IMG/VR virus record: IMGVR_UViG_3300014201_000003
Span: 1-45,665 of that record
Source: a virus
Lineage: Duplodnaviria; Caudoviricetes
Length of the DNA: 45,665 nt
Strand: one strand, 5' to 3'
A program made the position numbers and the translations under genes. This document shows, piece by piece, positions 27,818 to 36,610 of this stretch; position 1 is the first letter of the stretch; each line of letters begins with the position of its first letter. The notes under the pieces were generated by a model, which was given only the letters and a program-made list of their open reading frames with translations, was not told the DNA's origin and did no database searches.

Positions 27818-30800
27818 ATGGCTCAATACTCGGCTAGTAACAAAGTCACAGGGGAACAGATTTATTTCGACTGGAATAATCCCACTCCGCCCACACCTGA
27901 CGACGTCTCGAAGATAGCGGAACAGCAACGTAAAACACGTCAACAGGCAAGTCAGAATATTAAAGCCATTCAAGACTCTGTTCCCCTCTCACAGAAGATT
28001 CTCACGAGCGCTCCAGCCGAGTGGCTCGGGAATGCATTTAATAATCTTGGACTCAACCAGCCTTGGCATCCCTTAGACGCTCTTGGAAATATCGGTGCTG
28101 GAATTAAGGAGGCCTGGACGGGAGAAGGTCATGAACAGAATCCTAGATTAGCTGGTGCAATGCAGGCGGCTCATGGAGCTATGGGACTGGCTGGTCCAGT
28201 AGCTACCGCAGCTGGATATGCTTTGAACCCTCTCGGTACCGCTATGGCGATGGGGACGGGAAGCATCGCTCAGAGGACGGCCTCACACGCCCTAGATCAA
28301 GTAGCTCCTGATATGGCCCCTGAGGTTAAAGATGCTATATCGACGGCTGCTAGCTTAGCTGCTGGTGGAGCAGCGGGTCACGCTTTAAAAGGTGCTCCTA
28401 GTGTGGGTGACTTAGTTGATAACTGGCGAAGAGGTAAACCTCAGCCCGGACAAAAAGCTATAGAAGCTCCTAAAGGACGTATAGAAGCTCCACCAATTAA
28501 AGTTCCGAGTGCCGGAACTTACGCAGCAGAGCGGGCTCTACCGAGACAACCACAACTACCAGCTCCTCAATATCCAGCTCCTGGAGTGTTACCCCCCAGG
28601 ACAATGATTGAAGGTCGACCTCAAGCTCAACTACCAGCACCTGGACAGTATCCAATAGAGATGGGACCAGTTCCCACACAGATGCCTCCTGCAGGTACAT
28701 ATGCTGCTACTGAGCAACCGGTAACTCCTCCTATCCGTTCACGTCTATTAACTACCGGACCAGCTGGTCCTTTAGATTTATGGAACGTAGGTAAGAATTA
28801 CCCATCTCTTGAGGATCTACCTCCCCAAGCTCCTCCCCAAGCACCACCTCAAGATCCGGTGACGCCCTCGACTCCGACTGTTAAACCTATATCTGGTGGT
28901 GCTGTGTCGACTGTGGATACTACCTCACGACCTCCAGTCCAATCTATTAGACCTCCAGTTAGACCTCCAGTTAGACCTCCGGCTCCTCAGCCTTCCCAAG
29001 TTTCCCAAGTTTCCCAAGTTCCCCAAGTTCCCCAAGTTCCCCAAATTCCTCAAGCTCCTGAAGCTCCTGAAGCTCCTGAAGCTCCTGGAGAGCCTTTCTA
29101 TCATGCGACTAGATCCGCGTCAGACGCAGTGGATATCTTAAATTCAGGAGCAATTAATCCTGCTGGACAGAAACCAGGACCGTTAAATCCTGTGAATTTC
29201 GTTTCCACGACGTCTAAGCCCCTTAAGAATTACAGTCAAGCTCCGGCATATTTCGAGGTAGACCCGAAGAATCTTAAACCATTTGACTTTTTTGGTGCTG
29301 GCCCGAGTGATCCGGCGTACGAATATGAGTCAAGATCACAAGGACCGATTCCACTCTCAGATGTGAGAGCCGTCCACCTAAATCCTAATCTTAGTCCTAG
29401 CGACTCAGCAGCGATAACGGCCGCTGCGGCAAAAGCTGGTATACCAGTAGCAAAAGCTGCGTTTGACTCTCCTGTAACAGCTCCTCAATCCCCATCTACT
29501 GGAATTACCTCAGATCAAAGTCCTCCACCAACACCTGTAGAGCCACCAAAAGCACCTCCAGCTGACATCGCGAAGAGAGCAATATCAAAGTCTCAACAAC
29601 CTCAATATAAAGTTGTATGGTCGGGAGAGGCCAAACCGGCGCCGCCTGAAGCTCCTAAACCTGTAGAAGCTCCTAAACCTGTAGAAGCTCCTAAACCTGT
29701 AGAAGCCCAAGAGTTGAGTCCTCAACGTCAACAAAGAATTAATGATTTAAGACAACAGATAGGACAGTCAGACGATGAAAAAGACGACTTCACCTCGAAT
29801 ATACTCAAAGAGCACCTTCAAACTGAGGAACGTCTAAGTCAAATAGAACAGAAGGGGACTCCTGAACAGAAGTCTCAGGTCATGCAGTGGGACCAAGTTA
29901 GGTCTCGAATCGACGAGCTTGAAGATTTGGAGAATCAACGAGACCTTACTCCTGAGGAACAACAGGAACTTGGTCAGATGTATAATCGATACAACAAGAT
30001 TGGTAACTTAATTAATCAATTTTTTAGTTCAGAGGAAGGATCATCACCGTCAAGGGAAGGACCAATAAGAGGTTTTTTCGCCCGTAGGGCTTATGCTCCG
30101 AGTGGAAACATAAACCCGTTTATCGCTAAGGTCCGCTCAGCCAATCAAGTTCTCAGGGAATCAGATATACCAGCGGCACGTAAGATCGGGGAGATGACTC
30201 CTCGAGTCGAGGACCTCAAACAAAAATTCGTCGGTACTTACGAGAGGAAAGCTGCGGATATCATCTCTCCTTTAAATAAAGCGCAACGAGTTGAGGTCGG
30301 TAACATTCTCGATAAGTACGCTAACCCTGAAGACGCTCGAGGATTCTCCCCTAAATCATTAACAGCTGCTATGGACCTTCGCGACATGCTCGATGAGGTC
30401 CACAAATTATTTCCTAAGAAAGCTGGAGATAATCCAGGTGTTGGTTACATTCCCCATTATCTAACTCATATCGCGAAAGACCTCGAATCGGATAACGACT
30501 TCAAAGGAGTGATGAGGGATCTTTGGGATTATCACACTAAACCGTTTAGTGCTACAATTAACCTCTTCAAGGGAGATCCTAAATATAATCCAGAGGCTCA
30601 AGCCTCAAAAGTTCCGCCCGGCCAGGAGGGACTTGGTAAGCCTGATTCTCCTTTCACACAGGAGCGTAAAGGACAGCTTCAGGATTATGAAAAAGACATT
30701 AAGAAGATCATGCCAGTATATCTTGAATCAGCTGCTAAGGCTATTTATGATAAACCGTGGATCAATCAGGCGAGGGACCTGGTAAATCAAATACCTGATG

Positions 30801-31807
30801 AAGCTAGAACCTCAAAAAATCTAGCCACAGCGTATTTGCGAAACTATGCTCGTTACGACGCTTATCCTGGGCTTGAAAACGCGTGGAACACCTGGACGGG
30901 AACTCTAATGAGGATGGCGGGGCGGAGCATGCTTGGCTTCGACACTCGCTTATTTACCCTCCACATGGCTCGTACCATCTCTAATATAATGCCTGAATTA
31001 GGGAAATATACACCTTATGGAATATGGAAAACAGCCACTAGCCCGTTCAAGTCATATAAAGAGGCCGGACGCATGGGGCTCCTTCCACAGAACATACGTC
31101 CCTGGACTTTTAAGCGCCCGATGGAAAAGTTGGATAGCATAACTAACGCACTCTCCATACCGGACTTTATCCCCGATGCGATCGCATACCACGGGTTCAA
31201 AAAGATGTATATGGATCGTGGAATGAATCCTGCTGAGGCAGCTCGTATGGCTGTCGACAAAACAAAAGATGTGAGTCTCCGCGTCACACCAGCCCGTGCG
31301 GCAAAGCTCTTTTCCGATGATCTCAGCCTCTTTCGTCCCTTTACTCAATTCAAGCAGCAGGTCTTTAAGATCGCTGAGCAGTATGCCACCCAACCCATCG
31401 ATGCTATTAAACAACGCGACTATGCTCGACTGATGCGTTATGTCGTCGGAGTAGGGTCGATGATGGCAATGTATAAGGGCACCCATATTAGTGCCTGGCA
31501 TCTAAATCCTTTCACTCTTGGCTCTTTTCATGCTGCTGCTTATGACCACCTAGCTCGAATTCTCTCGAAGGCTAGCGGATACACTGTAACTCCTCAAGGT
31601 CTAGTCCCGAGAAGAGACGGTCCAGACCTCAAAGGGGCACTTATTGATGCTGGCCTACTTATGACTCCAGGAGGAATATCCCTCAAGAAGCAATTCGAAA
31701 AAGGTCCATCAATGTTTGAGTCATCTGGTAGCGACACTGAAAGTTTAGGTAAACTCAATGATGAGTCGGGTCTTGATAAACTTGACAGGCTACCTCCTCT
31801 AAAATGA
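27818..31807 (+). CDS. Giant multidomain internal virion (polyvalent-type) protein with an ART-like domain
   Basis: About 1330 aa and the last gene of the virion operon. It has a Gly/Ala hydrophobic N-region, Pro-rich repeat linkers, a YHAT/VSTTS/EYE domain and a helical C-terminus. The ORF track starts at 27743. Confidence 0.75.
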   Translation: MAQYSASNKVTGEQIYFDWNNPTPPTPDDVSKIAEQQRKTRQQASQNIKAIQDSVPLSQKILTSAPAEWLGNAFNNLGLNQPWHPLDALGNIGAGIKEAWTGEGHEQNPRLAGAMQAAHGAMGLAGPVATAAGYALNPLGTAMAMGTGSIAQRTASHALDQVAPDMAPEVKDAISTAASLAAGGAAGHALKGAPSVGDLVDNWRRGKPQPGQKAIEAPKGRIEAPPIKVPSAGTYAAERALPRQPQLPAPQYPAPGVLPPRTMIEGRPQAQLPAPGQYPIEMGPVPTQMPPAGTYAATEQPVTPPIRSRLLTTGPAGPLDLWNVGKNYPSLEDLPPQAPPQAPPQDPVTPSTPTVKPISGGAVSTVDTTSRPPVQSIRPPVRPPVRPPAPQPSQVSQVSQVPQVPQVPQIPQAPEAPEAPEAPGEPFYHATRSASDAVDILNSGAINPAGQKPGPLNPVNFVSTTSKPLKNYSQAPAYFEVDPKNLKPFDFFGAGPSDPAYEYESRSQGPIPLSDVRAVHLNPNLSPSDSAAITAAAAKAGIPVAKAAFDSPVTAPQSPSTGITSDQSPPPTPVEPPKAPPADIAKRAISKSQQPQYKVVWSGEAKPAPPEAPKPVEAPKPVEAPKPVEAQELSPQRQQRINDLRQQIGQSDDEKDDFTSNILKEHLQTEERLSQIEQKGTPEQKSQVMQWDQVRSRIDELEDLENQRDLTPEEQQELGQMYNRYNKIGNLINQFFSSEEGSSPSREGPIRGFFARRAYAPSGNINPFIAKVRSANQVLRESDIPAARKIGEMTPRVEDLKQKFVGTYERKAADIISPLNKAQRVEVGNILDKYANPEDARGFSPKSLTAAMDLRDMLDEVHKLFPKKAGDNPGVGYIPHYLTHIAKDLESDNDFKGVMRDLWDYHTKPFSATINLFKGDPKYNPEAQASKVPPGQEGLGKPDSPFTQERKGQLQDYEKDIKKIMPVYLESAAKAIYDKPWINQARDLVNQIPDEARTSKNLATAYLRNYARYDAYPGLENAWNTWTGTLMRMAGRSMLGFDTRLFTLHMARTISNIMPELGKYTPYGIWKTATSPFKSYKEAGRMGLLPQNIRPWTFKRPMEKLDSITNALSIPDFIPDAIAYHGFKKMYMDRGMNPAEAARMAVDKTKDVSLRVTPARAAKLFSDDLSLFRPFTQFKQQVFKIAEQYATQPIDAIKQRDYARLMRYVVGVGSMMAMYKGTHISAWHLNPFTLGSFHAAAYDHLARILSKASGYTVTPQGLVPRRDGPDLKGALIDAGLLMTPGGISLKKQFEKGPSMFESSGSDTESLGKLNDESGLDKLDRLPPLK
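28950..29087 (+). repeat. In-frame tandem repeats (AGACCTCCAGTT, CCAAGTTYC, GCTCCTGAA units)
   Basis: They encode RPPV, xQV and APE repeats. A further (GCTCCTAAACCTGTAGAA)x3 lies at about 29651-29705. Confidence 0.9.
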
Positions 31808-31940
31808 GTTCCATCTCCATAGTGTAGTCCGTCACGCCTAGCATGGCCCACGATATTTTTTGTAGTGGGCCATTAAACACATGCCAGCGGCACGCGAGCA
31901 TCACAGCCGCTAATTTGAGGAATTCTTTTTCCCAGGCCAT
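31755..31940 (-). CDS. Possible hypothetical protein, 61 aa
   Basis: GAGGA RBS-like sequence; it overlaps the 3' end of the giant gene on the opposite strand. Confidence 0.4.
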   Translation of the reverse strand: MAWEKEFLKLAAVMLACRWHVFNGPLQKISWAMLGVTDYTMEMELILEEVACQVYQDPTHH

Positions 31941-32146
31941 TCCTCTTGCGCTCCTCTTCGCTTCTCGACTAACGTGAATTTGTCGTTATTATTTCTACCT
32001 TCTTCATCCCAATAAGTAGGAACCTTCTCTCTGGCAATAGTTATATAACCAATCCAAAGCATACCATTGCCATCTCTGCTATCTGTCTCGACTTCACCTG
32101 TAACTTCAGCTACGAAGTCCTCCTTAGTCAGCCACTCACCTAACAT
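31910..32146 (-). CDS. Hypothetical protein, 78 aa
   Basis: AGGAGGT RBS. Confidence 0.75.
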   Translation of the reverse strand: MLGEWLTKEDFVAEVTGEVETDSRDGNGMLWIGYITIAREKVPTYWDEEGRNNNDKFTLVEKRRGAQEEWPGKKNSSN

Positions 32147-32626
32147 TAGTTTACCTCCTTTCGTCTTACTTACCCATCAGCTCGATCTGCTCTCGAAACA
32201 CCAGCCACACTAGTTGAGCCTAGCCAGTGCGGTACAGGCAACGATTCGTCCCTGCGCGTCGCGAACGAGACGCGCAGGGACGAAGATATCTATGCGAAAC
32301 GGGTTCTCTCGGATGGCCGCTTGCGCAGCCAAACTCGAAACCACGAAACCCGATCCGGGCTCGAAGCTCTGGTCGGGCAACCCGATAACGCGACCAAATT
32401 CAATCCGCACGACTGGAACGCCCGCAAACTCGCCAACAACTGTCTCAGTCACTTCTACGCGGACGATCCCGCTGCTTTCGATGGTCTCCGTGATTACGCC
32501 CTGCTGACAGTCCTCGCAGCCTTGTCCGTGGCAAACTGGGCAGGTTCGCTGGATAATCAGCGGATGTGGTGTAAGGTTCACGATTTTTTTTTGCATCAAG
32601 CCTCCTAACATTAGTTTACCTCCTTT
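32139..32626. repeat. 23-bp direct repeat (32139-32161 and 32604-32626) bounding a gene cassette
   Basis: CCTAACATTAGTTTACCTCCTTT occurs in both places. Confidence 0.9.
32210..32611 (-). CDS. Hypothetical protein (NLTPH motif) with CxxC-CxxC insertion
   Basis: IVNLTPH...CPVCHGQGCEDC...VRDAQGRI; visibly more GC-rich than its neighbours. Confidence 0.75.
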   Translation of the reverse strand: MLGGLMQKKIVNLTPHPLIIQRTCPVCHGQGCEDCQQGVITETIESSGIVRVEVTETVVGEFAGVPVVRIEFGRVIGLPDQSFEPGSGFVVSSLAAQAAIRENPFRIDIFVPARLVRDAQGRIVACTALARLN

Positions 32627-33804
32627 TTGAATTTCATGTACGCTTCGACCGTTTCTGGAGTCATCGTGTAAACGATCTCTTTGTCTTCACGCTCTGCTGT
32701 GATGGCGTCGGTCTGCACTAACGTCTCGATTATCCTATCAAGCGTTAACGCGTCAAACTCGCCCCAATACTTCGACAGTATTTGTTTTCTAGTTCTCCTG
32801 TGATCCGCTCGGTCGAGTAGCTCACGTAAAACAATTGAGGTGGCGTATGCGTAATCACTATTTCCCCCACCCATAGTGACTTTCTTCATACCACCTACAC
32901 ACTCGATTGTTTTACTAATAGCTTCGTCCATATGCTCTCGTGTTATTATCATTTCCGTCGTGTACGATAGTGAGATATTCATCGCTACTTTAAGGGCTGT
33001 GTCCCCGAGCCTCTCGATGTTCCCAGTTTGGTCCGAATCCGTCATCTGGGCTAGGTTGCGGTACCAGATGTCATAATCTTTCTTAGCGGACTCCTCGATA
33101 CTAAACTTACCTCTACACTTAGCTACCTCCTTGAGATAAACTGAAAGTTCCTCATCGGTAGGCATCGGTGAGGTTGGTTCATACATGAGTGAATTTATAG
33201 TTCGGCGTTTAAATTCCAATACAACAATTGTTCGAGCTATAAAGCCACCTATGATATCCTTCCTACTTAAGACACTCTTAAAATGAACCTCGTTGGTAGC
33301 TGCTAGCAGATTTATGCATGGCTCTTTAAGAGTGTCGACACCTGCTGTCTTAAGCGTGTTTTTCCAGTGCGGTACGTGAGCGTGAGTGTCGTATAAATCA
33401 GTTAAAATATCGAGTGCTTTGGGGCTCTCAACGAGAAGTGAGGCTAGTTCCCCCGATGTTATGAATCCTGTAGCCTCTTTAACGACCGCACCGTCCGGTC
33501 CTGTTTGAGCTTTCCCGAGGTCTTTGAGAATGGCCTCAATTGTGTTCCGCCCGGATATCACCCGAGTATTGTTTACTATCCCGACGAGCCTCTTAGCTAA
33601 GGATGGTGGGTTTCCTTTTCTTCCTCCTGACTTAGCCATTAAAAGAACGTACATATTTGGGTAAAGTTTATAGGCGTATCTATCCAAATATACATTCTTC
33701 TTAACGCATGCGGCTATTGTCGCTAGACCCGCCCAGTACCAAAATCTTTCAGGTGCTTCGAACTCAGCTGTCCCGTCTACTATAATATCGACCCAGCTAC
33801 GCAA
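32611..33804 (-). CDS. DUF3987/YfjI-like P-loop protein (putative replicative helicase)
   Basis: YPNMYVLLMAKSGGRKG Walker A-like motif, LTDLYD, GGFIAR and a C-terminal winged-helix-like region. It is downstream of the polymerase. Confidence 0.7.
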   Translation of the reverse strand: MRSWVDIIVDGTAEFEAPERFWYWAGLATIAACVKKNVYLDRYAYKLYPNMYVLLMAKSGGRKGNPPSLAKRLVGIVNNTRVISGRNTIEAILKDLGKAQTGPDGAVVKEATGFITSGELASLLVESPKALDILTDLYDTHAHVPHWKNTLKTAGVDTLKEPCINLLAATNEVHFKSVLSRKDIIGGFIARTIVVLEFKRRTINSLMYEPTSPMPTDEELSVYLKEVAKCRGKFSIEESAKKDYDIWYRNLAQMTDSDQTGNIERLGDTALKVAMNISLSYTTEMIITREHMDEAISKTIECVGGMKKVTMGGGNSDYAYATSIVLRELLDRADHRRTRKQILSKYWGEFDALTLDRIIETLVQTDAITAEREDKEIVYTMTPETVEAYMKFKKEVN

Positions 33805-36178
33805 CTTGTTTCATTTCCTTCCAGTTTTTATACCCAACGTGAATTTCTGCTGGGATTACTAACGGATCGCGAGGAAGTGAGCATTTTGAAAAGTCAATAG
33901 GCGTTTCGTACTCCTTAATTAATATTGGTAGCGCTTCGTCGACTCGGTCGATTGGGCACTGAAGAAGAAAAGAGTCGTGAGATTCCATGATTATGAAAGA
34001 TAACCACGGGTATAGTTGCTCTACTCTAACAGCACAGAACTTGGTGTGGTCGGAAACTACAGCCTGTGGAATAAAGGATAATGCTTCTTTTAGCATATCC
34101 TCTCCCCACCTATCAAAGAATTGCCGACGTCGGCCGTGAGCGGAAAACAGAACCTGGTCATTAGCGTAGAGTGCCTGCTCGATTTCCTCCCAGAACACAC
34201 CAGCTATCTTTGGGTTCTCAGCGTGAAATCGTTCAAGACACTTTCCTGCACGCCACTCACTAATTTCGGCTAGAAGACTTAGCCGTCGCTTACCCATCTT
34301 ATAGTTACCGGCGTGTCTAACTTTCTTACCGATCTGACGATCATCAGCCGTAATCGCGTCAAAATCCATCCCAAGAACCATCATCGTCGTTAACGTATGA
34401 CGATCGTCTTTCAAACCGAATTTGTTTCTTTTGAACTCTTTCTTTCCTAAAAGAGCTTTTCCCTCCTCATCATTTGCTAGATGCGCGACTACCCAATCCT
34501 CAGCTTGTTTACCGTCGATCTCGAGGAAGCAATAACCAGAATCCGGAACATACATGGATCGTAGGTCCGCACCTACGTCTCCATGCTTCGTCATTGTCTG
34601 AAATGCAACTCCCATCGGTTCCACGGTAATCGGCTGTTTAGGTTTAGAGGTACTAGTACGTCCAGACTCAGTTCCATTAATATTATAGGTTGTTCGACAC
34701 CGGCCATCAGGCCAGAGTTTGGCTTTGACGTATGTACCTTGAGTTTTACGGGATTTTCTTCCTTTGAGAATATTTCCGATAATTCTCTTTCTTCGCTCAT
34801 CTTTAACAGCATTAAGCATGAGCATAGTAAGCGTTTCCTCGTCGGTTCCTTTCCGCACCGGGCATTTAAGATCTCCATAAAGAGATGCAGCGACCTGTTT
34901 AGGAGACATGACGTTAAGGTCGTACCCAAGATCTCGTCTAAGACTAAAGTTAATCCAATTGGTATAGCGCTCGTATTTTCTGGTAAGACGTTTTCGTTCT
35001 GTGAGGTCAATTTTAAATCCTCTCTTTTCTAACCGAGAATAAAATCCATGAAGAGGCATGACTTTCTCAAAGAAAAAGTCCTTAACTCCAGCCTCTTCTA
35101 GCTGAGGCTCGATTTTCTCCCAGCATTCGATTGTTACTGCTGAATCCTTTGCATTATAACGTAAACGCTTATCGAGTTTATCTTTATTTGGGCTATACTC
35201 TTCGAGTTCATCCTTGTAGTATGGCTCCTCTGTGAGTATAGAAGATATGAACTCGAGAGCTTTTGGTAGCTCAGAATATAAGCAATGCCACGCCATTCCC
35301 ACGTCAGCCCAGAGCGGAGCATTTACTAAACCGATCTCCTCGTTTCTCCCCTCATCAAACTTCCAGTTCTGGCCGATTAACTTATACTGTGGGTCTAGTA
35401 GCATATCCGTTACAAGTTTCCATAGGATAACCATATCATGAAGAGCGATACCTTCTGGATTTTGATCCGACATTAAATCGAAGAGCGGGACCGAGATAGC
35501 CTCATATTTTGAGAACGCAAAAGATATACACATTGGTATAGTTTTGAACGTCTCAATATCAGAGGCCATCACGACGCGCTTAGCGTTCCGCTCTCGAAAT
35601 CGAATTAAATCGAGAGAACTACGGCAGCGGATCAAAGTCCGATCTGGAAGTTTTAATTCTCTGAACTGAGATTGTTGGATCGCACGATTGACGTCGAATT
35701 GAATGAAAGCTTTATCTCGATAAGATTTCATCTTTCCATCAGTTTCGTGGAATAACGATGCAGGATGGATCGAGCCGACTACTTTGGGTAGACCGGAGTG
35801 ACAGTTACTCAGTATCGATCCTCTATACTTTTGTATGCCAGTCTGGCCTGTTAGTGCTTTGAGGGCTACGTTTCCAAATGCTAGGATACAGTTCGGTTTA
35901 ATCGACTCAATTTCCTGCCATAACTTCGGGATAAACTCCTCGATCGACACTCCTAACTCTTTAAGTCGATGAATCTCGTTATCGGGTGGACGGACCTTAC
36001 ACACATTCGTCTTATAAATTTCAGACGGGTCCATCCCACCCTTGTAGAGGCACTCATCCACTATCTTCCCGGAGGGACCCACGAATGGTATTCCCTCTTG
36101 TTCTTCGTGATATCCTGGCGCTTCACCCACGACTACGAGCTTAGCGTTTGGATTTCCGTATCCCTGGACGTATCTCAT
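33797..36178 (-). CDS. polA: Family A DNA polymerase with N-terminal uracil-DNA glycosylase-like domain (SPO1-type architecture)
   Basis: UDG family 4-like GEAPG...PFVGPSG, TNV and HPA; 3'-5' exonuclease DIET, NWKFD and YNAKD; polymerase motifs TESGRTS, DGKQAE, RQIGKKVRHAGNY and HDS. Confidence 0.92.
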   Translation of the reverse strand: MRYVQGYGNPNAKLVVVGEAPGYHEEQEGIPFVGPSGKIVDECLYKGGMDPSEIYKTNVCKVRPPDNEIHRLKELGVSIEEFIPKLWQEIESIKPNCILAFGNVALKALTGQTGIQKYRGSILSNCHSGLPKVVGSIHPASLFHETDGKMKSYRDKAFIQFDVNRAIQQSQFRELKLPDRTLIRCRSSLDLIRFRERNAKRVVMASDIETFKTIPMCISFAFSKYEAISVPLFDLMSDQNPEGIALHDMVILWKLVTDMLLDPQYKLIGQNWKFDEGRNEEIGLVNAPLWADVGMAWHCLYSELPKALEFISSILTEEPYYKDELEEYSPNKDKLDKRLRYNAKDSAVTIECWEKIEPQLEEAGVKDFFFEKVMPLHGFYSRLEKRGFKIDLTERKRLTRKYERYTNWINFSLRRDLGYDLNVMSPKQVAASLYGDLKCPVRKGTDEETLTMLMLNAVKDERRKRIIGNILKGRKSRKTQGTYVKAKLWPDGRCRTTYNINGTESGRTSTSKPKQPITVEPMGVAFQTMTKHGDVGADLRSMYVPDSGYCFLEIDGKQAEDWVVAHLANDEEGKALLGKKEFKRNKFGLKDDRHTLTTMMVLGMDFDAITADDRQIGKKVRHAGNYKMGKRRLSLLAEISEWRAGKCLERFHAENPKIAGVFWEEIEQALYANDQVLFSAHGRRRQFFDRWGEDMLKEALSFIPQAVVSDHTKFCAVRVEQLYPWLSFIIMESHDSFLLQCPIDRVDEALPILIKEYETPIDFSKCSLPRDPLVIPAEIHVGYKNWKEMKQVA

Positions 36179-36313
36179 TTATTTTGTTTCTGATTGTTTA
36201 GTAGGTTCGTTCCGTCTTACTATTATGCTTTCACACTCTTTAGAGGTTTTCCCTATCCAATCTTTCGCCTTACGGGTAAGTATAGTCGAAGCCACTAAAC
36301 ACATGAAAATGAG

Positions 36314-36610
36314 TCATTTCACTTTTCCTCTCGTCACTGAATCAACGAATGCATTATGATGGAATTTAGAGTGCTCTGGTTCAATATACTCCAGAGCACA
36401 GTAGTTAGCAATGTTAAGAAGATGCTCGCCGTTACCTGTCTTATCATACTCTTTGAGTTCGAGCTTTAGACGGGTGAAATATTTCTTACTCTTCTTAGGT
36501 TCACCGTATCGGTAATGACCAAAAGCGAGCCTGTTTATCATCTTCTGGAAGAAATGAACGAACTGAATCTTTTTAGGCTGTGACGGAAGCAAGTCGACGT
36601 TCAATACCAT
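36314..36610 (-). CDS. Hypothetical helical protein, possibly MazG/nucleotide-pyrophosphohydrolase-like
   Basis: GHYRYG...TGNGEHLLNIANY. The start is uncertain (ORF track gives 36694). Confidence 0.55.
   Translation of the reverse strand: MVLNVDLLPSQPKKIQFVHFFQKMINRLAFGHYRYGEPKKSKKYFTRLKLELKEYDKTGNGEHLLNIANYCALEYIEPEHSKFHHNAFVDSVTRGKVK

Noticed and set aside
34583-35441. Alternative-frame and antisense ORFs inside the polymerase (and similar ones inside other long genes)
   Set aside because: They are fully nested in a well-supported CDS and have no recognisable motifs.
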